Part shown: piece by piece, positions 1-12,926 of the stretch
Layout: each line of letters begins with the position of its first letter
Numbering within the stretch: position 1 is the first letter of the stretch
DNA from: Hyphochytrium catenoides
Taxonomy: Eukaryota; Protista; Hyphochytriomycota
Reading direction: 5' to 3'
Length of the DNA: 64,000 nucleotides
Assembly (NCBI GenBank): GCA_900088475.1
Contig: FLMG01000350.1
Location: 186,001 to 250,000, forward strand
Program-made: the position numbers and the translations under genes
Notes under the pieces: generated by a model
Database searches by the model: none
What the model was told of the DNA's origin: nothing
Seen by the model: the letters and a program-made list of their open reading frames with translations, nothing else

Positions 1-823
1 GCGTAGCCCCCGAAGAAGGGATACGCTTCAACCCCAGAGCAAGGGAATCCCATGTAAGTACAGCAGTCAGAGAAAGATGATGATTAGATCCACACCAAGT
101 AGGAACCAGCCAGAAGACCGTCTTAAGCTTACATGTGCCACCGAATGATATGTCTATGATTCGGGTCCGCAACACAGCCAGAACCCGGAATTCCGTCACT
201 GGGCTCCCCAGAAAGACCATTCTGTGGCAACCCGTTCACAGAGTAGCGGCGAGCATTGCGCTGCCTCCCTGAAACGTCTGTAATCGAAGCGACTCGGCGA
301 AGAGGAGAGCCCTTGCGTCTCCCTAAAAAGAGAAGGTGCTTACTGTGACCGTCCCTTGCTGCGTTGCTTATAGCTCATTGGGCATACCTGCATCCTTCAC
401 CTCCAGTCTCAAGTCAAACAATGAAGATAGGACCTCCTCAATTTGAATGTCCTTCGTGACATCTTTCGAGCTGCGATGGGAGTACAGCCGCTTCTTTTCT
501 ACAGCTGACGGGAGACCATCACTCTGATCTGCCGATGGAATAGTTGAAATGTCCTCCGATAGGGTACCGCCGTTACTTGTCTGCTGCAACTATCATTAGT
601 CTCATATTATTTATATAAGAGCTACTTTCCTTACCTTTGCTGATATATCATTCTGCAAGCTCAGACTACGACCTCTAGCATGATTCAGCATCCCTTCAGG
701 ATTATTGGAGTTCCAAGTATAGAGAGCTAAGGCATAAAGCTTCGCATGGACCGCCGCAATGACTCCAGACTCTCCATCCCTTACAGTTGGGCAGGCCTGA
801 CGATCAAGCTGGAAACTGCTCAA
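1..823 (-). CDS. Partial multi-exon hypothetical protein, running off the left edge; 5' end unresolved
   Basis: ORFs 611-823 and 368-589 join in frame across a GTAAGG..ATAG intron (590-634). A second GTATGC..TTTTAG intron (323-387) continues the frame (DAG|RRKGSPLRRVASITD...), and there is a further GTAAGC donor at 132. No recognisable domain. Confidence 0.45.
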
Positions 824-1559
824 CTGGGAGTCGCCTTTCAGAAGTGGAAAGAGCTTACTCTATTAATCTATCGTCGCTGACGGCAGCTCACCTAATGCTC
901 TTCATAGCTACTCCGCATCTGGCTTCTGGACTCGGCCAGCACATGCGTGTCATCGTCGTGTCATCTACCGCAGCTTAAGCCTGAGGGATGGTATCTGACG
1001 GCTAAGAAGCACTTTTTGCTCTGTCTCGTCTCATCTTTCATCAGCCGCAGATGGGGCGGCGCGGTGGTGTTGACGTGCAATCAGAAGTGGTCTCTTCAAG
1101 GCTCGGTTACACGACTCACATCATTCATAATACGAGCCAGTAGGGTTAAGAATCTGCAGCATTTTGGCCATCTGAGGGCTACGTCATCCAGGTTATGCAC
1201 GGCTGCCTGTGTCGCGTTTGGCCCTCGTTGTTCAACTCGACATCTCCCTCTCCTCTCCCTCAGAAAGTCAGGCGTAGAACTATCCTTTCCGTTCTCTCTC
1301 TCTTGCATTGGGTGTCAGCCTTCGCCATCATCATCCCTCATGGTCGCCACACATCATTACCCTGCTCTACCCATCATCATCATATCATCATCATCATCAA
1401 TCCTCCCATCTGTACAGCACCAACTCCTACATCTCTTCCTCTCTCTGTCTCGCTTTCCTCTGTCAATTATTACTACCTGTCGCTTCTCTGTCTCTCCCTT
1501 GCTTGATACAGTTCTTCAGAACTTAGGACCAAAGTTCCTTGCCTCGCCGAAATAATAGA

Positions 1560-2460
1560 AAGACAGACTTATTTTAGAAAGAACTACGACAGGTACGACG
1601 TTGTAAGGTACAGAGGAACAACAACTACATCTCCTGGGAGCCATCACTACCTCTCATCTAATGACCTCGTAGCCATCTTTTCAAGCAGCACACTTTTCTG
1701 GACACAATGAGCACCAACTTCCTTCCAGCCTCTAACCTCTAACTCTTCTGTCTGACCAGCACAAGAGAAGCCTTTAGATGATCTGGGTTCTGGGCCCTGG
1801 CAAGTGCAGAGTGCAGATGCGCAGTGAACGGGGGTGATGCATCACGAGTTTGCAGAAGGGCGGACTTCCCTCTGTGGCTTGCCTGTCTTTCTGTCTTCAG
1901 CCCTCTACAAATACTCTCTAACCTTTGATTAAGGCGGAAGCACCAAAGAATTAGTCCCCAAAATCTCAGAATCTGGCCTCCTAGGACCATTAACTATGGG
2001 CATTTTGCCTCCCCCTCACCCCAAATCGACGACCTATACGCCTTCGGCCTACCCATCTGAACCACCTCGAGAACTACAGATGTCATAGCTAATGCCTTGA
2101 AAATGCAGACTCTATGTGCACTGATGTACATTAGCTACGCCTGGCTGTGGGCCATAACCCATAGCTCTTAGTACCGCTGTGTGGGGCTCCAAGATCTTCA
2201 TACCAGAACTGAGGACGTGGACCTCGTCCAGTCACGCCAGAACCAGAAGGCTACCAGCAGCTATTGTAGCAGGAGTCACTGCCTCCTACAAGATGTACAA
2301 CTGTATAACTCCTGTAGCTAGTTCAGTTCCACCGCTGCTTTGATACTTGGAGTTTGCCACTCCTACTCTCCTAGGTCATTAGATGCTGCACTTTGGACAA
2401 CTTCTTTATGTAAACGGCAGAACGCCCATTGTAACGCTGTCAGGGCGATGGCCTAGAAAT
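1560..2460 (+). mobile_element. Possible decayed retroelement relic
   Basis: Stop-riddled, TpA-rich sequence with fragments reminiscent of a chromodomain (KVQ-NNNYISWEP, ~1605-1645) and of a non-LTR ORF2 tail (LRLAVGHNP...TEDVD, ~2136-2225). Resemblance judged by eye only. Confidence 0.2.
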
Positions 2461-2677
2461 CCAAAGGTACCAGGTCGATAGTTTCGTCGCTTCTCATCAT
2501 CAAGAGCATGGTTGACTATTAGCTCTTTCTCCTTCGTCGCCCAACGATTTGAAGAGGCTAGGATCAAAGGATGGCAAAGAGGAACTCCCGGTATATTTGG
2601 TTTGTTTTTTTATAAATAACAGATCAAAGCGCAAGAACGCGTTATCATTCGTTATTCGTAGATACGTCCAGCGACAA

Positions 2678-2683
2678 AGAGAG

Positions 2684-2733
<50 letters not shown>

Positions 2734-2742
2734 CGAGAGAGA
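2678..2742. repeat. (GA)n microsatellite
   Basis: Near-perfect GA run seen directly; it explains the ERERER and SLSLSL ORFs. Confidence 0.95.
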
Positions 2743-3333
2743 AAAACTGTAGTACAGGCGAGAGAGAAGAGACAAGATGCGTGTTGGCAAGCTAATAATA
2801 TTATACTTGAGGAAGAGATATACGAACGATGGCACAAACGATCAAAAGTTAGCACCCCAGGCTATTGATTGACGACCTTCTCTTGCGCTATACAGCAGCT
2901 CCGCGGTACCACAGGCGACTGACTTTGTAGACATCAGGAGCTACAATAGTCACTTTTGTAAAGTGCCTCATCATCTTATCCACCTTTCACCCCCGATGAC
3001 CGTGCAGCAACACTAGGGCTCTTAGGCTTCGTATATAGATTATTGACGTTTACTTAGTAGACATCAAGCATTAGAGAAGTTGATGCGGCTACGGAGGAAC
3101 AACAACTCTCTCCTTCTGCCGCCTCTACTAACCGTGACTCGCGGTATGGTACGTTCATGTGCTCTTTTCTGATCACAAAGAATCTATTGATTGATTATAT
3201 GGATAATGTACGGAGAGGTAATCCCCTGGTCTGAGAGACTGAAAGCTGAGAGACTGAAAGCAATACAGCCTTGCCTTCATAGAGATTGGACAAAAAGTTC
3301 TTAAGTACATGGTGCAGAAGCCGCCGGCCATTC

Positions 3334-4803
3334 CTAAAGAAGCCTAGTGGTGGTCTGCACTTCCTCAAGGGCATTATAGTAGGTGGTATTGGTATAGACA
3401 TAGTCCTGATACTCGGCAGGACAGTAAGGGAAGTTGACGCCATGGCCAGAAGAAGTAAACATCTTCACGGCGAAGTAGTAGGTGAGGTAGACTGCCAGAG
3501 AAGAACAGACGGCGACGACGAGGAGACCGAACGCTTTCTCATAAATGGGCATGGTACGCCAGAAGACCTTCAAGTAGAAGCAGATAGGAAGGATGATACA
3601 GCTGAGAGATACTCCAGAGGCACCAGCCAGATCAACGAGGTCATGGAAGTGCTCCTGCAGGAGAATGGAAAGAACCACCAGCAGTGAGATAACTACTACT
3701 CTAAAGATAGAGCACTTAAGCATGGCGCCGGGAAGGTGATATGTGTGGTACTCTTCGTGCTCATCGTTTCTATCCAGCTCTGTCATTGGAAGAAAGGATG
3801 TCTCAGATTTTCTCTTCATTACATCAGAGTGGAGGCCTTCAACCGCCAGAGGGGTGGGGGTGGCAAGGCTGTGTCCACGACCATGTGGAGGTTTGTGCAT
3901 CCCCAGAATGCCCCTTTCTCCTAGGTATAAAGCTGGATACAATATGACTGAGAAGGCAATGCTTATGTGCAGGTGCATTGAGAGGAAGGCAAGGATGATG
4001 CTACCTCTGCTTGCAGTGAAACCGAGCTTAGTGCCCTCGACAGCAAAAAGGAGATTGCCAGGAATTTGGCAGCCAACCAACACGTATCCGCTGATGGCGA
4101 TAATCATGAAGAGAATCGAGATAACAGTCATGGTCACAAACACCACACGAGGCATTCTGGAGGGGTCCTTGTGCTCTCTCTGAATAGCAGGAATGATAAT
4201 CGCGGCTCCATAGGCGAGAGAGAGGTTACCAAAGGTAGAGATGATCTGGGCGAACTTCGCATCGGGTTGAGGAGGAGTGCTTTCCATTGGAGTCAAATAG
4301 TAGATGAGAATGCCTAAGGCAATGAAATCAGCAAAGAGAGTACCTAAGCAGCCAGCAAGTGATGCCATAGCGGACTCCTTCAGGGTAGGTGTAAGAGAGA
4401 CTGGGAGCACGGTGATGGCCATGAAAATAATCCATTCGGTAGGAGAAAAGGCGCCAGGGAAGAGCGTGGTCAGAAGGGAAGATCCCAAGACCAAGAAGGC
4501 GCAAGGAATTAGTAGACAGCATGTGAGCTGCGATACGATGACAAGACCACCGCCGATTCTTCCTAGTGCCCAGAAGCCCAAATCTCCAAAGGTCTTGACA
4601 GATCTTGGTGCCGCAACCATGACCTTGCTGCAGACTACAGATGCATACACGTTGGCAGCTGCCATAAAGAGCAGAGCGATAGTTGCGTAGACAGGACCCG
4701 CGCGCGCATAGTTCCCTGGCATTCCCAGGGTTCCAATGCCATAGACGCAGCAGAAAAGGCTGAACGCCGCTTTGAAGTCTTCCCCCGTAAACCACTTCGG
4801 CAT
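3334..4803 (-). CDS. Amino acid/auxin permease (AAAP, Aa_trans family), intronless
   Basis: 489-aa multi-pass membrane ORF. The N-terminus FSLFCCVYGIGTLGMPGNYARAGP and the FGNLSLAYGAAIIIPAIQREHKDPSRMPRV segment resemble the expanded oomycete AAAP permeases. Confidence 0.92.
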   Translation of the reverse strand: MPKWFTGEDFKAAFSLFCCVYGIGTLGMPGNYARAGPVYATIALLFMAAANVYASVVCSKVMVAAPRSVKTFGDLGFWALGRIGGGLVIVSQLTCCLLIPCAFLVLGSSLLTTLFPGAFSPTEWIIFMAITVLPVSLTPTLKESAMASLAGCLGTLFADFIALGILIYYLTPMESTPPQPDAKFAQIISTFGNLSLAYGAAIIIPAIQREHKDPSRMPRVVFVTMTVISILFMIIAISGYVLVGCQIPGNLLFAVEGTKLGFTASRGSIILAFLSMHLHISIAFSVILYPALYLGERGILGMHKPPHGRGHSLATPTPLAVEGLHSDVMKRKSETSFLPMTELDRNDEHEEYHTYHLPGAMLKCSIFRVVVISLLVVLSILLQEHFHDLVDLAGASGVSLSCIILPICFYLKVFWRTMPIYEKAFGLLVVAVCSSLAVYLTYYFAVKMFTSSGHGVNFPYCPAEYQDYVYTNTTYYNALEEVQTTTRLL

Positions 4804-5009
4804 CTTGTGATGATATCAGATGTTCAGGCTATGTTCCTTATTGTTGTTGTAGGGAAACCACCTGTGCACCTTGGAGCAAATGAACGACTGATGTTGTTTG
4901 GGGATATTGGAGCTTTCTGGACTCTCCGCACTCGGTTTTCTAGTCTCTGTCCTTTCTTTCCCTCCATCAGACACCCTCACATTGCGTAGCTGCGTAATGC
5001 TTCTTGGCC

Positions 5010-8000
5010 CTTTCTAGTCGTCGTTATGCCCTTTCCTACCTCCTCGGTTTCCAAGCAAGAGGTCTGGTTCACAAGTCTGCCACCTTCTGATCTTGTGGCA
5101 TTCAGGGGGTAGTGTCCTCCACCGACCCACAGACACTTGCAGGGGGTTGCCTCGAGGGCTTAAGACGCAAGCGAACTCAGCATGCACGTAAGAACTCATG
5201 AGATCATATTGAGGGTTTCGGTTACTTCTTTTTAGGAAAGCATACCGTACAGAAAACCCATTCATAGACTGAACCGCTTACCTGCCTTAAGGCTCAGGAA
5301 ACAGTCCCTGCAGGTCCTTCTTCTTTGTCCTCCCACCAATTCCCGCTCTTTGCACACTCCGCTTTCCTTGCTCATTATCCTCTCAGCTTGCTGTCATATC
5401 CGTGCTTCCCGTAAAGTCACAGCTTATTGTGCAAGCGCTTTCCGTACATTGTGACCGTCTCCACCTTTAGGACAATCCTTTCTTTCTTCCTTTAATAGCT
5501 AGAGATAGAGTAGAACTTACACGAAGCACCCGTACACTGCCCCGGCAAGGCGTTTAGCATGAGGCACGGTCACTATTCGGTACTTGGAAAGCTTTCTATA
5601 GAACTTCTTGTCCAACCTCCCATGGATCCTGATTGACCGAGTAGGACAACAACAACTAAAAGTTCAGCAAACCTGCAACGAATTTTCTTCAGAGTATATC
5701 TTTGCTTTTCGACTGGCGCTACAATCAGTTCGGACGCCGGTCCTTCTGTTTGCTGCCGAAAGCTGTTCTATCGCGTAGGGAAAGGGCTGGTGTTGTTATT
5801 AATGTTCCGTATATCTAGTAGAAACCCTGAAATTCAGTTGTTCTATTTGCTGTCGGAGGAGCCGCCTTTCTCTCATCACGGCATCAACAATAACGTGCTG
5901 GTGGGAGGACATCGAAGGTGGTTTTTTGTGGAAATTCATCTTCTGTCTGAGCTCATCCACCCATCAGAGAGTACAGAATAGTGAATAATAGACCCCAGGC
6001 TCCATAGATATGAGACCTAGCTTGGCCAAAGGAGATACCAAGCCTTTATGGTGGACTAGGGTCTTGGTGCCATCCCATTCATCCTTCGTGTATGTTTCCG
6101 GGGCAAGTAAAAAGTTGACTATACCTAGAGGGATAAGATGGCCACAGCTCACGCTTCGCATTTTCTAATAATCATTAGTAAGCTCTAGCAAGCGGGGTTA
6201 CCCGACTAGTGCTAGGGCGACGCGCTTTTTGCATTGGCCCAAATGAGTCTTTTCCCTAATTTAACCCGACAGGCCGTGGTCCTCACCTCTAGGCGAGGCG
6301 GTACACTGTTCTTCTAAACGGACTGATAATAAGCATGACATCACTCAGAGAGCCAGCTTCCTTGGCGCACCGTAAGCACAGTCGTCTCTACTTTTCTTAT
6401 TGAGAAGGGGCAGTTCCCTTTTGGGCGCAGTAGTAGTAGAGAAATCTACATAAAGCAAATAGACACAATAAAACAGTAGTTCTACTGTAGAGCACACGAC
6501 AAAAGCAGCCAGTGCGAGAGGTTCAGTGCATGGCCTCCTCCTAGTAGTCCTACCTCCTCCTACAGCTATTACTTGTGCTCCGAGTAAGCGGTACGGAGGT
6601 AGAAAGGGATACAGTACAACCGTGATCTTTAGTGTGAAGGAGTTTACGGAGAAGAACTCCGTCTCATCATAGCAGGCAGAAGACGTGGTTGTATTAGCTA
6701 GAGTTCTAGTACTCTATGGCTATCCTTTTAGGTACCAGCGCGAGTAGTAACAGTTCAGTGGAGAGCCTCACAAGAAGGCTAACGGTTGACAATTGACAAA
6801 GCGGAAAGAAGAGAGTAGTTCTATAAAACTACGTTCTTCAGAAAACACTTCTAAGAAGTGCTGAGTACGCACAGAACGACGCTTATTATCAGAGGAACCC
6901 ATCGGCGTCGGCGGCCCTTCTTGTTAGCATTATTATAGATCGGCAGAACCACAGAACCCACACGCTGCAGAAGGATACCTAGCTCTCTTTCTCTGGATAT
7001 TTTTAGTCGGAGGAGCGAAATCCCTATGGCAAAGTAATGTTTATTTATACACAGCTCAAGCCTTGTCGTAGATAGTAGGAGACGAAGGGAGACGAAAGAG
7101 GGAGTAGTCCTGTTGTACCACTCGCTACCAGAACACCTCTTCTTTGCAATCTGCAATAATCCAACCTAATAGTCATGGCACGGACGATCGTGGAAGAAGG
7201 CTCTTCCCATTTTTTTTTATTTATAAAAAGGCTTCCTATACTACTGCCTCTCGTCCCTAAATAATAACCGATATTGGCCCAAGACGATAGAAGACACAAC
7301 ACCAGAAGAACCTTGCACCTCACTACCAAAGTTTGCGACGACGACTACCGTAGATAGTAAGGCCCGATGGACGACATTCTTCCGTCGGGACCCACCACCA
7401 ATCCGAAACGTCTTCCACAGTAGCTGACGAAATCATTCCTTTCTCACTTGTTTCTCTTCTTTCTCTATCAGGGTCATCCTAAGTCAGTTCTACCTAGCTC
7501 ACGGCGAATGAGGTCTGCTTCACACTTCATGATGTATATTTTGTCCGATTGCCTTTTGTGTTGACCGACCCAGAACGAATCACAAGGATGCATAAGGCCT
7601 CGTTGTGACCGAGGTGCTTGTGCCCTCAGGCCCCGCATGCATGACAACAATGACATAGCTCCATATACCTCGGTGACGGGCTGTCGTCAAGATGCTTGGT
7701 TGGCGGCGTACAGGGTCGAGATACGTGTTTACCAAAGAAATGATCAACCTTTCTTAAAAGTTTTTTTATGGACTCACAGTTAAAATCCCTATGTATGCAC
7801 TGCTCCTTGTACACCTACTACTATTCTTCGTAAATTAACCTTGATTGAGCCTATCCTACATGAGCCTTCCCTGCTGTTGGCTTCCTTACTGGAGAGCTTG
7901 AGAAGAGTTGAAAGGGGAAAGGATAAGACGATCTTCCCGAGATCCTAGCTCTTGTATTATGAAGTCACTGGTCACCGCATGCAGGAGGAATAATTCTTCC

Positions 8001-8600
8001 TGGTTTCTTTTACTGTACAGCTTCTTGCACTTTCAGATACTCGGAGTAGATAATAATGAGTACCTATCCATACAGAAGAGCCCTAAATCCTGGAGGTCAT
8101 CTGCAACAGATGATGTAACGGCTTCTTGTCAGATGCTTTTGCTTTCATCACCAACAGCGGGTCAGCTCTCCACCTTCCTCCTCTCTAGGGACCGACTACG
8201 AGTACTCATACCTCATACCCAATTATTAGCCCACGCGTTATGCATCGTTCAAGCTACTCTTTGTCCAAAGCTCCTTCCTTACCATCTCTCGTACCTTTTC
8301 CCTGCCTCTCCCTTGCCTAGCCACTAGAGAGTGCTAGTGCAATGTTTGCTTCATGAGCTCCTCTCGCGTTCCATCTCATCTGGGGCAACCGATCACCATC
8401 CAACCAATCCTGACCTATCTGCATATGGCTTACATAGCGGAAGAGAGTGATAAGGGAAGCTTCTGCTGGCTAAAAGAAGAAATGGAGCTCGTCGTCATCA
8501 GTAAACCCTCTATCTGGCTGCTCATTTGATTAGACAGATGCCGTTGATGTAGCTATGAGCGTGCTTTCTTAACCCCATCTCTTTTCCTTGAGCTGTCGGG
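5010..8600. mobile_element. Decayed repeat or transposon-derived region, with a possible gag zinc-knuckle relic on the - strand near 5092-5135
   Basis: No coherent spliced gene, many TAG/CTA triplets, and a frameshifted C-L-W-V-G-G-G-H-Y-P/E-C-H-K segment resembling a degenerate CCHC knuckle. Confidence 0.3.
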
Positions 8601-8974
8601 TAAGCTCTATTTTTGGCTTCATGTGGCATCAGGCGCATCGACAGCTTGGGCTCTTGACGTGCAGGCCTTGTAGTGGCGAGCTGTCACCTATCACTGGTCA
8701 CTGCCACCGTGGTTGAAGTTATTCGTGCTGCCGTATTGAATGTGCACAGGGGACGACGGGGTCCACATCAACGCACTCGCATATCCATAACGAACGGAAG
8801 AACTCCAGTAGCGGATAGCGCAGCTACTAATAAAGCATCATTACGCAACGGCTAAGCTTGTTGTCATTGACTGAACCATCCCATTCGCTGATTCTCCCCT
8901 CATCTTTCTTAGATTCTTACGTTCTGTCTGCTTACAAAAGATTGGGGCCTTGAGCACCTACTGCGTTAGAAACG

Positions 8975-10365
<1,391 letters not shown>

Positions 10366-10373
<8 letters not shown>

Positions 10374-12314
10374 TAGCTTGACGGGATATCGAAGCAGGAG
10401 TTGAGGAGGATATATCTCCGATCAAGTCTGAACGGGCCCAGTTGGACTCTATCAACTCTATGATGGCTGCGCCAAGCTTGTCTAGTCCCTGACCAGTGTG
10501 AGTCGATACAAGATGACTGCCTTGAGGAATGGCCCTGCACCATTGTCGGAGGCGTGTCAAATGAAGTCAATCTTAGAAATTCCTAAATGTCATACCAGTT
10601 GTGTCGGTCAAGGTCACCCTCTGTGATAAGGTCGACCTTCGAGACGATATCTAACCATGCTGTCTTCGCTTTCTCTGGAAATCTCGACCGAAGCTCTTCC
10701 CTAAGAGCTACCTGGCTTTCCACTGTCGCGCCTGAATGGCCGGTTAAGTCTATGACAAAGAGAACAGCCTAAAGAACGGATTGGGATGAGCGTATGGTTC
10801 AAGACTTTCGTATGTTTGCGTACCGCTTCAGTGTACTGCATAACTGCCAGAGCTAGCATTTCTATTCGGTTGCGCTCGGAGTCGGTCCGCGTCAGCAGCC
10901 CAGGAAGATCCGCCATCTGTTTTTATGTTGATACCTCAGCATCTCCTTAGCTCATCGGATTTACAATGGAGCTCACCTGGAACGTTTCATTGTCCAGTTT
11001 GACATGGCCCATAGTAATGCCTCTAGTGGTGAAGGGATAGTTTGCTACCTTCAATTCATAGAGAAATAGAATCAGTCACAGCGGTCCCAACAGAGATAGA
11101 GACAGCAGAGAAAGAGAGATATACCCCTCACTAATAAAGGGCTGTGACAAACAAGTCGATAGCAACTCTTACCTCTGGCACGCCGCTTGACATCGCTCGC
11201 ACTAGGGAAGACTTCCCTGAGAGACCGAGGGTTAGTAGGTTACTTCACATGTAAAGCGAAAGGTCTTTTCACAAGCTTACCAACATTCGGTGCGCCGGCA
11301 AGCCCCACAACAGGCCGATGTAGGTCAAAGTGAGGCAAGCCCCGAAGAGTCTAAAGAGTGAGTCAGCACGGAGATTGTATTGTCAATAACAGCCTAGTAA
11401 GTGCCGCCCGGTGTGAGGGTTACCTTAGCCATTGCTTGAACAACATCGAGTTCTTTTTTACTTTCTTCCAGGACCTTTCGCAGCTCCTGCTCTCAACGAC
11501 AGGTTAGTCGAGCTACTCAGGGGGGTTCATGGTAACAACCTGGCCATTACCACGACGAGCTCGTCCGTCAACTCTTCAACCTCCTTTTTGTTGGACACAG
11601 CCACCGCCCGGCCGGTAAAGTTCCTCTCTGTCATATGTAGGCGTTTCCGCACAATATCCAGCTGCTCAACGCATTTATAGTATTCCCCCTCCCCTCCTTG
11701 AAGGGTCAATTGTAGGACTGTCTTCAAAGAGTCATTAGAGCACATCAGGAGTCGAGAAGGAACTAAGAGGTAGGTTTCTCTCTCTCTCTCGGGTCTCGCC
11801 CTCTCCCGCGTGCTACTTTTAACTCTCCTTCTCCCTGTTGCGTGCAGGGGCCAATTTACCTTTTCAAAAGGATGGAAGCGACCGAGAGGCGGGAACCCTT
11901 TGTATGTTTCCTTGACTAGAGAGACAAACCCTCCAGCTATCAAACGGACTTGTGCTAGTGCCATCTCCCGGCTTCTCTTCACTGAGCTTTTGATGGTGGG
12001 GTTCTCCCTGGCTCTCTTCCTCCAAAGCTTCATCTGATATAGCTCCTCGATAGTATGCACATAGGGCAGGCTGGGTCAAAAGAAAGAGCAAGAGCAAGAC
12101 GAGTAGATGAGCTTCGGTTAGGCTTGGGAACGACCTGCGTGCAGTACCTTTTGAGAGTAACAGCGCCATTCTTGGCCGATAGGTGCCTGAGACCTACCAA
12201 AGAATTAACGAGGACTGTACTGGCCACTCTCTTCCTCCGACAGCGATGAAGGCAGTTTTCAAGACTGGGCAGATGATGATGAAGAGGATAGACTTGTCGA
12301 GGTAAGAAGCTCAT
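10366..12314 (-). CDS. NOG1/Obg-family GTP-binding protein with an N-terminal extension (possible organellar targeting), multi-exon
   Basis: Spliced G1 GAPNVGKSS, G2 NYPFTT, G3 DLPG and G4 SKVD, plus a NOG1-type helical N-domain (LPYVHTIEEL...). Basic, hydroxylated leader MSFLPRQ... Stop TAA at 10366-10368. Confidence 0.85.
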
Positions 12315-12926
12315 CGTCCCACAGATGAGAACAGACTTCCAGCGGTTGCGGCAAGAGCAAATACTTTACCAGGAAAGCCGTCGGACAGGATCAAAATAAA
12401 TAGACAGACTTCACCGCTTTAGTACGGGAATGAAGAAATAGGAACAGCGTCGTATGGCGGCTGTTTGACGGCCTGCCTGCGTGCGCCAGGCTGGTCCCTG
12501 ACCCCATACGTTTGTTGGCAAACTTGGCAGGAAGCAAGTAGGCAGACATCAAGCTGGTTCTTGATGTGATGAGTGATGATCAGAAGAGGCGCTCTTCCCA
12601 CCGCAGCTCTACGGCTAACGGTCAGCCCTTTCTCATTTCATCACTGGTCTCTGTACAGTCGTACAACAGTGCTTTCTGCACCCAGAGAAGAAAGAGGGGA
12701 AAGTGAATCAGGCAGAACGGAAGACAGAGTAATATAAGCTCAGAAGACAGAGGAGGGGCTCTCAGTGGAGATAAAGAGAGAAGCATCACATTTCAGGAGA
12801 GAGAACAAGGGTCACTCTGACGAGCGGTGGGCATCAGAATCCAACGAGTCGTGACGCTGTTTTCCCCTAGGAAGGGCTGCATAACGAGCAATGAGATGCA
12901 GTTAATAGGCATGTCTGGAAAGCATT

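Noticed and set aside
947-1555. 202-aa ORF and overlapping ORFs
   Set aside because: Low-complexity products of (ATC)n and CT-rich sequence; no domain or splice support.
2500-2855. ORFs with ERERER or SLSLSL runs
   Set aside because: Translations of the GA microsatellite.
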